This document shows positions 19,028 through 27,305 of a stretch of DNA of 64,000 bases, piece by piece. The position numbers were made by a program, and so were the translations under genes. The notes below the pieces were generated by a model. It did not search any database and was not told the origin of the DNA. It was given only the letters and a program-made list of their open reading frames with translations. Numbering within the stretch: position 1 is the first letter of the stretch; every line of letters begins with the position of its first letter. Source of the DNA: Patescibacteria group bacterium. Its GTDB lineage: Bacteria; Patescibacteriota; Patescibacteriia; UBA9570; JAHJKD01. Location of the stretch: contig JAZDOC010000019.1 in the NCBI GenBank assembly GCA_043798935.1, forward strand, positions 74,322-138,321. The letters are read 5' to 3'.

Positions 19028-20515
19028 TCAATTATTTGTTTCTTTGAAAAATTGTTTAACTCTAATTTCTTGTTTAAAAAAATTTTCATAATTATTAGCA
19101 ACAGCCCATTGAATAATTTGATTATCAGGTGAATTGGTTTGAATAATTAATTTTATATTTGTGTTGACCAGTTTTCTAATTAACTGAAAAACACGTTCCG
19201 ACGCTAATTCATCAGCTGCAGCTAACTGATGATCTACTGATAAAATGCTGATTAAGTCAAATTTAATCTGATGTAAAAATTTTAAAACAAATTCGGTTCC
19301 CAAGCAAATATCGCAATCATTAATTTCTTGAATATTAAATTCGGTTTCTTTAGTTAATTCAATTATCTTTTTGTATGGAAATAATTTAATTAAATCTTGC
19401 TTTAATTTAGTTGTTCCAAAAACAATTTTTTTTAAATTTAAACTTTGACAACGCGGACAATGCAAAATAGTTGTTGAGGAAATAATCTCGCGGCAGTTTT
19501 GACATACAAGTAATTTTGCATACCCTTTGCGATTAAAAATCAACAACGATTTTTTACTAACATTTAAACTTTCAATTAAAGTATTAGAAAAAAATGAATA
19601 ATTCCCACCGATCTTTTCATTCTGCATATCCACAACTAGGCTCTGACTAGGTCTATTTCTGAACAATTTAATATTACGAAATTTATCATAAGAAGAAATT
19701 AGTGGCGCCTGGGATGTTAAGAGTATTTTATTTTTTAACTGCTCAGCAATTTCCAGCACATGATATTTAGGATTTTGATCGAAATTTTTATGAGACATAT
19801 CTTCTTCGTCATCGATAACTATCAATTTTAAATTCGAATATGGCAAAAAAATTGCATTTTTAGTGCCAATAATTAATTTAGTTTCCCCAGTCTTAATTTT
19901 TTGCCAAACTTGCCAATTTTCACTTTTCGATAGACCACTGCGATAAACAATTGGTGAAAACTTGTAAAAAACCGAAGCTAAATTATACGCTTGTTGAGTT
20001 TGTGGAACCACAATTAAAACTTGATTTTTGTTGTCGATCAGTCCTCTTAAAACAGCATTTTTTTCCGATTCATTATTATAATGCAACAAAATTGGTAATT
20101 TGCTACACTTTATTTTTTGAATTGCCATTTTAACATCACTAATTCTATTTTTACTAATTGTCTCAATTTTGGGATTAAATCTATTTGGCGTAAATGTACT
20201 TTTTTTGACTGGAATTTCCGGTAATAAAATTTTTACAGCCAAAGAAAGTGAAATATTATATTTTACAGCTAACCAATCGATTAAAATCATCTGCTCTTTA
20301 TTCAAACGCAAACGATCTTCCACTGCAATTATTTCTTTAACTTTTTTATAAGGACAAGTTTTTTTTATTTTGTAGACAACGCCAATTTTTTTGGAATTTC
20401 TAAAATTAATATATACCACATCGCCAATATTTAAATGCATGCTATCTGGAATTTTATAATCAAAACAACCAAATTTAGGAATGGTTCTGATTTTTGGAAT
20501 TATTTCAGCGTACAT
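19028..20515 (-). CDS. priA: primosomal protein N' (PriA)-like with degenerate ATPase motifs
   Basis: 495 aa. PriA 3'-DNA-binding N-domain (MYAEIIP...VVYINFRNSKKIGVVYKI), helicase-lobe blocks (VLIVVPQTQQA; GTKNAIFLPYSNLKLIVIDDEEDMSHKNFDQNPKYH) and zinc ribbon CQNC...CPRC. Walker A GxGKT is absent and DEEHD is replaced by DDEED. Confidence 0.6.
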   Translation of the reverse strand: MYAEIIPKIRTIPKFGCFDYKIPDSMHLNIGDVVYINFRNSKKIGVVYKIKKTCPYKKVKEIIAVEDRLRLNKEQMILIDWLAVKYNISLSLAVKILLPEIPVKKSTFTPNRFNPKIETISKNRISDVKMAIQKIKCSKLPILLHYNNESEKNAVLRGLIDNKNQVLIVVPQTQQAYNLASVFYKFSPIVYRSGLSKSENWQVWQKIKTGETKLIIGTKNAIFLPYSNLKLIVIDDEEDMSHKNFDQNPKYHVLEIAEQLKNKILLTSQAPLISSYDKFRNIKLFRNRPSQSLVVDMQNEKIGGNYSFFSNTLIESLNVSKKSLLIFNRKGYAKLLVCQNCREIISSTTILHCPRCQSLNLKKIVFGTTKLKQDLIKLFPYKKIIELTKETEFNIQEINDCDICLGTEFVLKFLHQIKFDLISILSVDHQLAAADELASERVFQLIRKLVNTNIKLIIQTNSPDNQIIQWAVANNYENFFKQEIRVKQFFKETNN

Positions 20516-20520
20516 AAATA

Positions 20521-21057
20521 TTATTCAGTATATCTCTTTACTAAAAATCGATATAAAGCTATTTGTTCTTTTTGCAGATTAATATATCCTTTTTGGGCAG
20601 TAATTTCTAATTGTTGGTCAACGGTATCAACTCCATCAAGCAAGGGGAGTAACAATGCAGATTTACGATTGTCTGGTGTTTGCATAAATATTCCATATTT
20701 CTTAGGATTTAATTTCTTAATATCCATAACTTGTTCTAATTCTCCTAAAACATCTACCGAAATATTTATATTACTTAATTCTGTTTGTTTTAAAGGTAAA
20801 AAACGCGGATCATAAAAAGCAGCCGAAACTGCATTATGAATTATTTCCAAAGCAACGCAAGACATTACCGGTTTGAATGTTCCGATACATCCCTGTAAAT
20901 CATGGTTAATATTATTATGCAAAGAAACAAAAACGCCAGCTTGTTTAGTCTTTAATTTACTTGGTACATCTTGCAAAGAAGACAAGGTCTTTTTATTCAC
21001 CAAATAATATTCAATGCTTTGACGCGCCAATTTGCAATAATCTAATTTTTTTTTCAT
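20521..21057 (-). CDS. AMMECR1-domain protein (AmmeMemoRadiSam system protein A)
   Basis: 178 aa with the AMMECR1 signature LQGCIGTF. Stop/start abut the Memo-like gene. Confidence 0.75.
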   Translation of the reverse strand: MKKKLDYCKLARQSIEYYLVNKKTLSSLQDVPSKLKTKQAGVFVSLHNNINHDLQGCIGTFKPVMSCVALEIIHNAVSAAFYDPRFLPLKQTELSNINISVDVLGELEQVMDIKKLNPKKYGIFMQTPDNRKSALLLPLLDGVDTVDQQLEITAQKGYINLQKEQIALYRFLVKRYTE

Positions 21058-21059
21058 GG

Positions 21060-21854
21060 TTAGCTTAAAACAAATTCTCCAACTAAATAACCAACGCCGA
21101 ATGGACCTTCATAAGATAATTTTTTAAATTTAAAATCCACTTTTTTTAATGCGCCGAGTAATATCAATAACGAACGATAGCCACATTCACCAGCCGACTC
21201 AATTAATTCTGGGCTGATTTTAACAATTTCATCAATTTTATTTTGTTCTAACAATTGAATAAGTAAATGATCAAAAGTTTGACCATTTGAATTAAATCCA
21301 CCTGGGGCGCTTTCAGACAAGCAGTGCGATAAATCTCCGGACGCAATAATAGCAATACGTTTATTGCTTTCACCGGCTACTTTTTGTAAAAGCATACCGA
21401 ATTTAATATGAGCGTTTTTATCGAGTAAGCTAAAACTAATAGGTATAATCTTAACATTGGGTAAATGTTGAGTAAGAAAATATAAAGGTACGCAAACGCC
21501 GTGATCAAGAATTGGTTGGCTGATAGTGTTGACGGCTACATTTTCCAGATCAGCTCGTTCTTTTATTTTGCTCATAAGCTCTAAATCACATTTCCAGGTC
21601 AATTCTTTTTCGTTTGAACCAAATTTAGAAAAATCACTTTTAAATTCAATAGCCAAATTTAAAGAAAAAGCTTCCGGAGTTATTAAGCTATGCGGGGAAA
21701 TTATAAAAATTATTTCCGGTTGCAAAACATATAAATCTCCTTCCATTTCATGAAATGCCGAGATTGTATCGCTTACCTTATTGGTTTCTTCTTTGCCAAT
21801 ATCAGGTATTAGAATTGGTGGATGCGGTGCTAGCCCGCTAAAAATAAAAGACAT
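21060..21854 (-). CDS. Memo1-like protein (AmmeMemoRadiSam system protein B)
   Basis: 264 aa with the Memo-family His/Asp blocks IISPHSL, LDHGVCVPLYFL and ASGDLSHCL. Confidence 0.75.
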   Translation of the reverse strand: MSFIFSGLAPHPPILIPDIGKEETNKVSDTISAFHEMEGDLYVLQPEIIFIISPHSLITPEAFSLNLAIEFKSDFSKFGSNEKELTWKCDLELMSKIKERADLENVAVNTISQPILDHGVCVPLYFLTQHLPNVKIIPISFSLLDKNAHIKFGMLLQKVAGESNKRIAIIASGDLSHCLSESAPGGFNSNGQTFDHLLIQLLEQNKIDEIVKISPELIESAGECGYRSLLILLGALKKVDFKFKKLSYEGPFGVGYLVGEFVLS

Positions 21855-21863
21855 ATGGATATA

Positions 21864-23289
21864 TTATTTTTTAGTTTTTTTCTTCTTGGTAGAAGGCAGT
21901 TTAACTGGTTTTCCTTTGTCGTGCAATTTTAATACTTGATCAGTAGTATGAATAACATTTTCCCATTTATACCCCAATTTATTAAATGCCTTGGCTGAAA
22001 CAAATGGTCTTTTTTTGCCTTTGTCGATTAGATAGACTGCATTACTACCAGGTGAAGTAACGATCTCACCATTAGCGAATTTAACTGGCTGTCCGTTAGA
22101 ATAAGAATTAATTTCCGATGCATCTTTAGGAAAAATAGTAACTCCTTTAAATTTACTGTCTAAAATTTCTTTAGACCAAATTTCTTGTTTTTTATTGTTT
22201 TTATTTATAAAAACAACTGCACCGGTTTGTTTATACTGAGCTAAAAATCCCACTGTTGTAACATCTTGTTCCATTATTAATTGACCATCAGGAATATTGG
22301 ATAAATCAGTCCACGAAGCTGGTAAAGCTTCTTCGGGATTATAGCCTAAATTTCTAAAAATTTCACGCGAAGTGATACCTCTTTTTTTTTCCGTCAATAT
22401 AAAGAAACATGGCGCCACTCGGAGCTTGAAGCAAAGTATAATTAGGGAATAAAATCGAAGCGCCCACATCGTATTGATCAAGTACGTTTTCATTGACGGC
22501 AATGGTTTTATTAATATCATAATTAGCCATTAAAGCGCCTAAAGAATTAAAGGCCATTTTCTTGTTATTCTTAATCAGATAAGTTATGCCACTATCCTGA
22601 CTTTTAAGTATTGAACCACTGGGATATTTATTAATTTCACTGTTAAAACCAAACCACTTTTTCCAAATATCCCAGAATAAAGAATTTCCGCCCACACTAG
22701 AATTTCCACCATGATATCCAATCCAGGGGGTATAAGTATAAAGCACGGCTGTAGCCTGATTGGCTGGTGTCACAGTCCCGTCACCGGTATTTTTAGTTAT
22801 GCCGATACCCCAACCAGATATAGTTGAATTTTTTGCGCTTAAATCAGTTAAATAGCTATTTCTAATTTTATTAGCGGCCGCATCAATTTGATTGGCAAAA
22901 CCAGCATATTCTCGGGAACAGCCGCCGCCATCAGGACAACCAAATCCTAAGGCCTGATCCAATAAACTATTAGTAACTGTTTTTCTAGTAACTAAACTGG
23001 CTTCTTTTTGTAATGTGGCTAAAATAAATTTCGGATTCAATACGTAACGTTGGCAGGAATTATATATAATTTGTGCAGCCGATTTAGTTTTGCCGTCAAT
23101 GTCTTTAGTTGAATAATTGGCTAAAACACCATTTTGTGTTTTTAAAAAATCTGATATTCGACTAAGCGTCATATCGTTTTTATCAGTGAGTTCAGCCGTG
23201 GTTAATATATTATTTTTATTAAAACTACTAGCCAGAGAAACTACTGGAAAAATGAAAATCAAAATTAATAATAAATATTTTTTCATCAT
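21864..23289 (-). pseudogene. secreted hypothetical protein gene split by a frameshift in an A9 homopolymer (two overlapping ORFs, 22363..23325 and 21864..22520)
   Basis: The N-terminal ORF has a signal peptide (MMKKYLLLILIFIFPVVSLASS). It ends ...FLYIDGKKKRYHFA* just after the A9 run, while the -1 frame continues ...TEKKRGITSREIF... for 175 more aa. One fewer A would give a single ~475-aa ORF. Confidence 0.5.
22382..22390. repeat. T9/A9 homopolymer tract at the frameshift site
   Basis: cTTTTTTTTTcc on the + strand, which is GGAAAAAAAAAGAGG on the coding strand. It coincides with the frame switch between the two overlapping ORFs. Confidence 0.9.
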
Positions 23290-24302
23290 AAAATAATGTC
23301 TAATGTTTGCCCACATTTTGGACACGATCCATTGATAAAAAAACAGGCTGTTTCATAGTTCTTACGATTAATAACTACTGTGCCACATTTAGGACAATGC
23401 GTATTTTCTAAATCTTCATCCCAAACATTACCGGCATAAATATTTTTCAAGCCGATTTTTTTTCCGCATGCAATTGCATCTTTAATAGTATTAATTGGGG
23501 TAGGGAATAGATTTTGCAGTTTATAAGATATTTCAGGTGAAAACCTGGAAACATGCCATGGAGTTTCAGCACCAAGTTCATTAAATATAAATTCGACTAT
23601 TTTACAAAAACCACCGCTTCTTTCGGTAATATCAGGAATTACTAACGTTGTTACTTCAACCCAAACACCTTGTTGTTTTAAATATTTTAAATTATCAAGT
23701 ACGGGCTGTAATTTGGCTCCACAAAATTTAGAATATAATTTATCATCAAAAAATTTTAAATCAATATTAATAGCGTCCAGATATGGAATTATTAAATCAA
23801 GCGTTTTTTTACTCATAAATCCATTAGAGACCCAAATGTTTTTTAAATTTTCCTGTTTAGCTAGCCTCATTACGTCAAGAGCAAATTCTAAAAAAACAGT
23901 AGGTTCAGTATATGTTGCTGCAACGCTATCGCAATTATTTTTTTTAGCTTCATGGACAATTTGTTCAGGAGTTCTATCTTGACCAATAATGCCGCCTTTT
24001 TGTAATTTTGGATACTGAGAAATTTGCCAATTTTGACAATTGTCACAACGTAAATTACACCCCACAGTCGCGTAAGAATACGTTTGCGAACCGGGTAAAA
24101 AATGAAAAAAAGGTTTCTTTTCGATTGGATCAACGGCTTCGGAAACAACTTTACCATATACCAAACTAAATAATTTTTGGTTAATATTTTGCCGAACACC
24201 ACAAAACCCAGCTTTATTTTCACTAATAAAGCATTCGTGTGCACATGTATGACACTGAACTTTATTTTGATTAAGTTTTGTATATAACAATGATTCCTTC
24301 AT
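23286..24302 (-). CDS. AmmeMemoRadiSam system radical SAM enzyme
   Basis: 338 aa. N-terminal Cys cluster (CHTCAHEC...C), canonical radical SAM CxxxCxxC (GCNLRCDNCQNW) and C-terminal CxxC pairs. Confidence 0.8.
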   Translation of the reverse strand: MKESLLYTKLNQNKVQCHTCAHECFISENKAGFCGVRQNINQKLFSLVYGKVVSEAVDPIEKKPFFHFLPGSQTYSYATVGCNLRCDNCQNWQISQYPKLQKGGIIGQDRTPEQIVHEAKKNNCDSVAATYTEPTVFLEFALDVMRLAKQENLKNIWVSNGFMSKKTLDLIIPYLDAINIDLKFFDDKLYSKFCGAKLQPVLDNLKYLKQQGVWVEVTTLVIPDITERSGGFCKIVEFIFNELGAETPWHVSRFSPEISYKLQNLFPTPINTIKDAIACGKKIGLKNIYAGNVWDEDLENTHCPKCGTVVINRKNYETACFFINGSCPKCGQTLDIIL

Positions 24303-24343
24303 CAGCTACATTATAGCCCAATTTTCGAGTATTTACAATAAAT

Positions 24344-25072
24344 TTACACTGCTATATCATAAGGCTCCTGTTCTTCTACTCCTCGTTCAATTTCATCACT
24401 TTTTTCAGCTTGATATTTATTGTTTTTTTCAAGTGTAACTGGTTGTTTTTTAACTTCACATTCCATAAAATGTAATTCAACTCCTTGCTTTTTTGCTGTA
24501 AAACCAAGCGTTGTTTCACGACCTTCAATCACTTGTTTGATTTCAACGATTTCATAGCCATTTACTTTCTCTTGTCCTGTAAAAGCATCTTTTAGTTCAT
24601 GTAAACAATTCTCTGAAACCATAAAATAATACCCATTACCACTATTTTTCTCAACTGGAGTCTCGTCATTAATGGTTTCACTCATAACCATAAATACTTC
24701 ATCTGGGTATTCATGCAATAAATCAGCAACCAAGTCCATTTCTGCATCGGTGAATGCATCGTCACCATGTAAATTCTCTTCAGCAGTGTCTACTCGATCA
24801 ATTGCACCGGCTTCAAAGAGACCAGTCTTCATTTCACGATCATGTTCAGCTTTCATTAAAGCCTTTATATGTTGAATATCGTTAGGAGTGAAATCGCGCA
24901 AGCTAACCTCATCACCATTATTTAAACGGCCTCTCTCCACGCCATTCTCACGCCATGTTTGAATTTTTGTTGCAAATTGTTCTGTATTATTTCCCTTGCG
25001 ATGTTCCACTGCTGCTTTTTCGAAAGCCATGGATTTTAAATTTGGATTGCTCATAAATTTTATTTTAATCAA
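24344..25072 (-). CDS. acidic hypothetical protein, compositionally atypical (GC-elevated)
   Basis: 242 aa, D/E/A/G-rich and K/N/I-poor, unlike neighbouring proteins. Sampled 60-mers at 24720-24960 are 42-48% GC against ~30% in the flanks. True start may be MSNPNL (25054). Confidence 0.5.
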   Translation of the reverse strand: MIKIKFMSNPNLKSMAFEKAAVEHRKGNNTEQFATKIQTWRENGVERGRLNNGDEVSLRDFTPNDIQHIKALMKAEHDREMKTGLFEAGAIDRVDTAEENLHGDDAFTDAEMDLVADLLHEYPDEVFMVMSETINDETPVEKNSGNGYYFMVSENCLHELKDAFTGQEKVNGYEIVEIKQVIEGRETTLGFTAKKQGVELHFMECEVKKQPVTLEKNNKYQAEKSDEIERGVEEQEPYDIAV

Positions 25073-25116
25073 TAATAATGTTATTATTATATCATAATAT
25101 AACCAATTTATGGAAT

Positions 25117-25806
25117 ATGATCGAATTAGTTAAAATTCTAGATATCAAAGTTCACAATCTCAATAAAGCTCAGATAACAGGCATTATTGAGGATTATTTA
25201 AAATCAAAAAAAACTCATTTTATTGCCACTCCTAACCCGGAAATAATTTTAAAATGCCAGCATAATTTCAAACTAAAAAATATTATAAATAATGCGGATT
25301 TAGCTATTCCTGACGGTTTTGGTCTATTAATCGCTTCAAAATTTAAAATCAAAACTAGAGTTTCCGGTGTTGATGTAATGACAGATATTATTAAGATTGC
25401 TGAACAAAAAAAGAATTCAATATTATTTATTATCAACCATAATGGCTTAACTCAAAAAGGGGATTTAGATAAAACTATTCAAAATAAATATCCAAATTTA
25501 TTGTATAAAATTGCTTTTTCTGATGAAAAATTGCTTTTTCAGCCATCTATTATTTTTGTCGGATTAGGCTGCCCGGATCAAGAATTTTGGATAAATGATC
25601 ATGCAAAACAATTTACTGAAGCTCGCATTCTAATGGGAGTAGGCGGGGGAATTGATTTTCTTTCTGGTAATCAAAAACGAGCTCCGAAACTTTGGCAAAA
25701 AATAGGGTTAGAATGGTTATGGCGCTTAATTCATCAACCCAATCGCATTTTAAGAATCATCAATGCGGTGATTATTTTTCCTATTAAAGCTTTAATAAAG
25801 AACTAA
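25117..25806 (+). CDS. WecB/TagA/CpsF-family glycosyltransferase (GT26)
   Basis: Blocks HFIATPNPEII, DGFGLL, VGLGCPDQEFWI and MGVGGGIDFLSGNQKRAPKLWQKIGLEWLWRL. Start moved to MIELVKIL (Met 14 of the track ORF). Confidence 0.8.
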   Translation: MIELVKILDIKVHNLNKAQITGIIEDYLKSKKTHFIATPNPEIILKCQHNFKLKNIINNADLAIPDGFGLLIASKFKIKTRVSGVDVMTDIIKIAEQKKNSILFIINHNGLTQKGDLDKTIQNKYPNLLYKIAFSDEKLLFQPSIIFVGLGCPDQEFWINDHAKQFTEARILMGVGGGIDFLSGNQKRAPKLWQKIGLEWLWRLIHQPNRILRIINAVIIFPIKALIKN

Positions 25807-25870
25807 TCTGCATTGCCAAATTTAACTAAATTTGATAATATTAGCCAATAATAAATTTTAATTTAAAATT

Positions 25871-27295
25871 ATGTCGGAAACAGTAGTTACTAGATTTGCT
25901 CCTTCACCAACCGGAAATTTACATATTGGTGGTGCCCGAACAGCGCTTTTTAACTATTTATGGGCCAAAAAAAATAACGGTAAGTTTATACTGCGCATTG
26001 AAGATACTGACCGAACCCGATATGATGCTCAAAGTGAACAATCTATTATGGAAGGTTTAAAATGGTTGGGTTTATCCTGGGATGAAGGACCGATTAAACA
26101 ATCCGACAGATTTGAAATTTATAAAAAATATGCCAGTCAGTTAGTTGAACAGGGGAAGGCTTATTATTGTTTTTGTACTCCCGAACACCTAGACATGATG
26201 CGTCAAATTCAGATGCAAAAAAATAGAGCACCCAGATATGACGGCTCATGCCGTAAACTGACTACGTCTGAAATTCAAGAAAAATTAAATAATAATAAGA
26301 AATTTGTTATTCGTTTAAAAGTACCGGAGCAGGGTATGATTATTATTAACGATTTAGTTCGCGGTGAAATCAATTTTCAATGCGCTGATGTTGATGATCA
26401 GGTGTTAATTAAATCTGATGGCTTTCCAACATACCATTTGGCTAATGTTGTTGATGATCACGAAATGGGTATAACACATGTAATTCGTGGAGAAGAGTGG
26501 ATACCGTCTACTCCTAAACATATTCTTTTATATCAAGCTTTCGGCTGGCAACCGCCACAGTTTGCACATCTTTCATTGTTTATTAATAAAGGTGGCGGTA
26601 AAATGTCTAAACGAGAAGGCGCAGTGTCATTACTTAATTATCGCGATCAAGGTTATCTGCCCGAAGCCGTAAACAATTTTATGGCGTTTTTAGGGTGGAA
26701 CCCCAAAAATGAAAAAGAATTTTTTAATTTAACTGAATTAATTAGTGAGTTTGATTTGCACAAAATTCATAAAGCCAACCCTATTTTTGATATTCAAAAA
26801 CTTGATTTTTATAATGGTTATTATTTACGTAAAAAAAATATTGATGAATTCTATGATTTAGCCAAGCCATATTTAAATTCGGAATATACAAGAGATGAAA
26901 AATATATTAAACAAATATTGTCTTTAGAGCAGGAAAGGGTTAAAAAACTTACTGATCTAAACGACATGATTGGTTATTTTTTTACCGACTCTCTACAATA
27001 CGATAAAACAATGTTAATTTGGAAAAAAGAAGCACCTGAAAAAATTAAAGATAATTTAATAAAACTAGCCACGGCTTTACAAAAAATTAATGAATCAGAT
27101 TGGTATAAAGAAAAAATTGAAAGTACAATTTTAAACTGGATTCAACAAAATAATTATTCTAATGGCGAAATTCTTTGGCCCATGCGCGTAAGTTTAACTG
27201 GTTTAAAGGCTTCACCTTCACCGTTTGAAGTTTCTAGTGTTTTAAAAAAAGAAAAATCTATTGCTCGTATACAAACGGCTATAAATTTGCTATAA
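25871..27295 (+). CDS. gltX: glutamyl-tRNA synthetase
   Basis: 474 aa. HIGH motif (PTGNLHIGGARTALFNY) and KMSKS (KMSKREG). Confidence 0.95.
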   Translation: MSETVVTRFAPSPTGNLHIGGARTALFNYLWAKKNNGKFILRIEDTDRTRYDAQSEQSIMEGLKWLGLSWDEGPIKQSDRFEIYKKYASQLVEQGKAYYCFCTPEHLDMMRQIQMQKNRAPRYDGSCRKLTTSEIQEKLNNNKKFVIRLKVPEQGMIIINDLVRGEINFQCADVDDQVLIKSDGFPTYHLANVVDDHEMGITHVIRGEEWIPSTPKHILLYQAFGWQPPQFAHLSLFINKGGGKMSKREGAVSLLNYRDQGYLPEAVNNFMAFLGWNPKNEKEFFNLTELISEFDLHKIHKANPIFDIQKLDFYNGYYLRKKNIDEFYDLAKPYLNSEYTRDEKYIKQILSLEQERVKKLTDLNDMIGYFFTDSLQYDKTMLIWKKEAPEKIKDNLIKLATALQKINESDWYKEKIESTILNWIQQNNYSNGEILWPMRVSLTGLKASPSPFEVSSVLKKEKSIARIQTAINLL

Positions 27296-27296
27296 T
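27286..27296 (+). promoter_or_regulatory. extended -10 element tttgcTATAAT overlapping the gltX stop codon, 9 nt before the M23 peptidase ATG (possible leaderless start)
   Basis: TTTGCTATAAT at 27286-27296. The gltX stop TAA is at 27293-27295 and the next ATG is at 27306. Confidence 0.3.
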
Positions 27297-27305
27297 ACTA
27301 TTTAT

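Noticed and set aside
19951-20815. Several 60-126-aa + strand ORFs antisense to priA-like and AMMECR1 genes
   Set aside because: They are antisense to conserved genes and low complexity. Typical AT-rich noise.
21864-22520. N-terminal 45 aa of the 218-aa track ORF (MILIKPLPSMKTYLINTMWALRF...) as an independent start
   Set aside because: This segment is the out-of-frame read of the upstream ORF's C-terminus. The biologically meaningful frame begins at the A9 tract, so it was treated as a frameshifted single gene.
23713-24244. 89-aa and 118-aa ORFs overlapping the radical SAM gene
   Set aside because: They overlap a gene with a clear CxxxCxxC radical SAM signature.
25078-25116. N-terminal 13 codons of the WecB/TagA-family ORF
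   Set aside because: They would leave only 5 nt to the divergent upstream gene. Family alignments begin at MIELVKIL.
26487-26672. 61-aa ORF inside gltX and similar nested ORFs throughout (for example 28218..28424, 29448..29687, 34957..35169, 43460..43852, 48275..48796, 54647..55222, 61428..61862)
   Set aside because: All are embedded in or antisense to confidently assigned genes and show no motifs.
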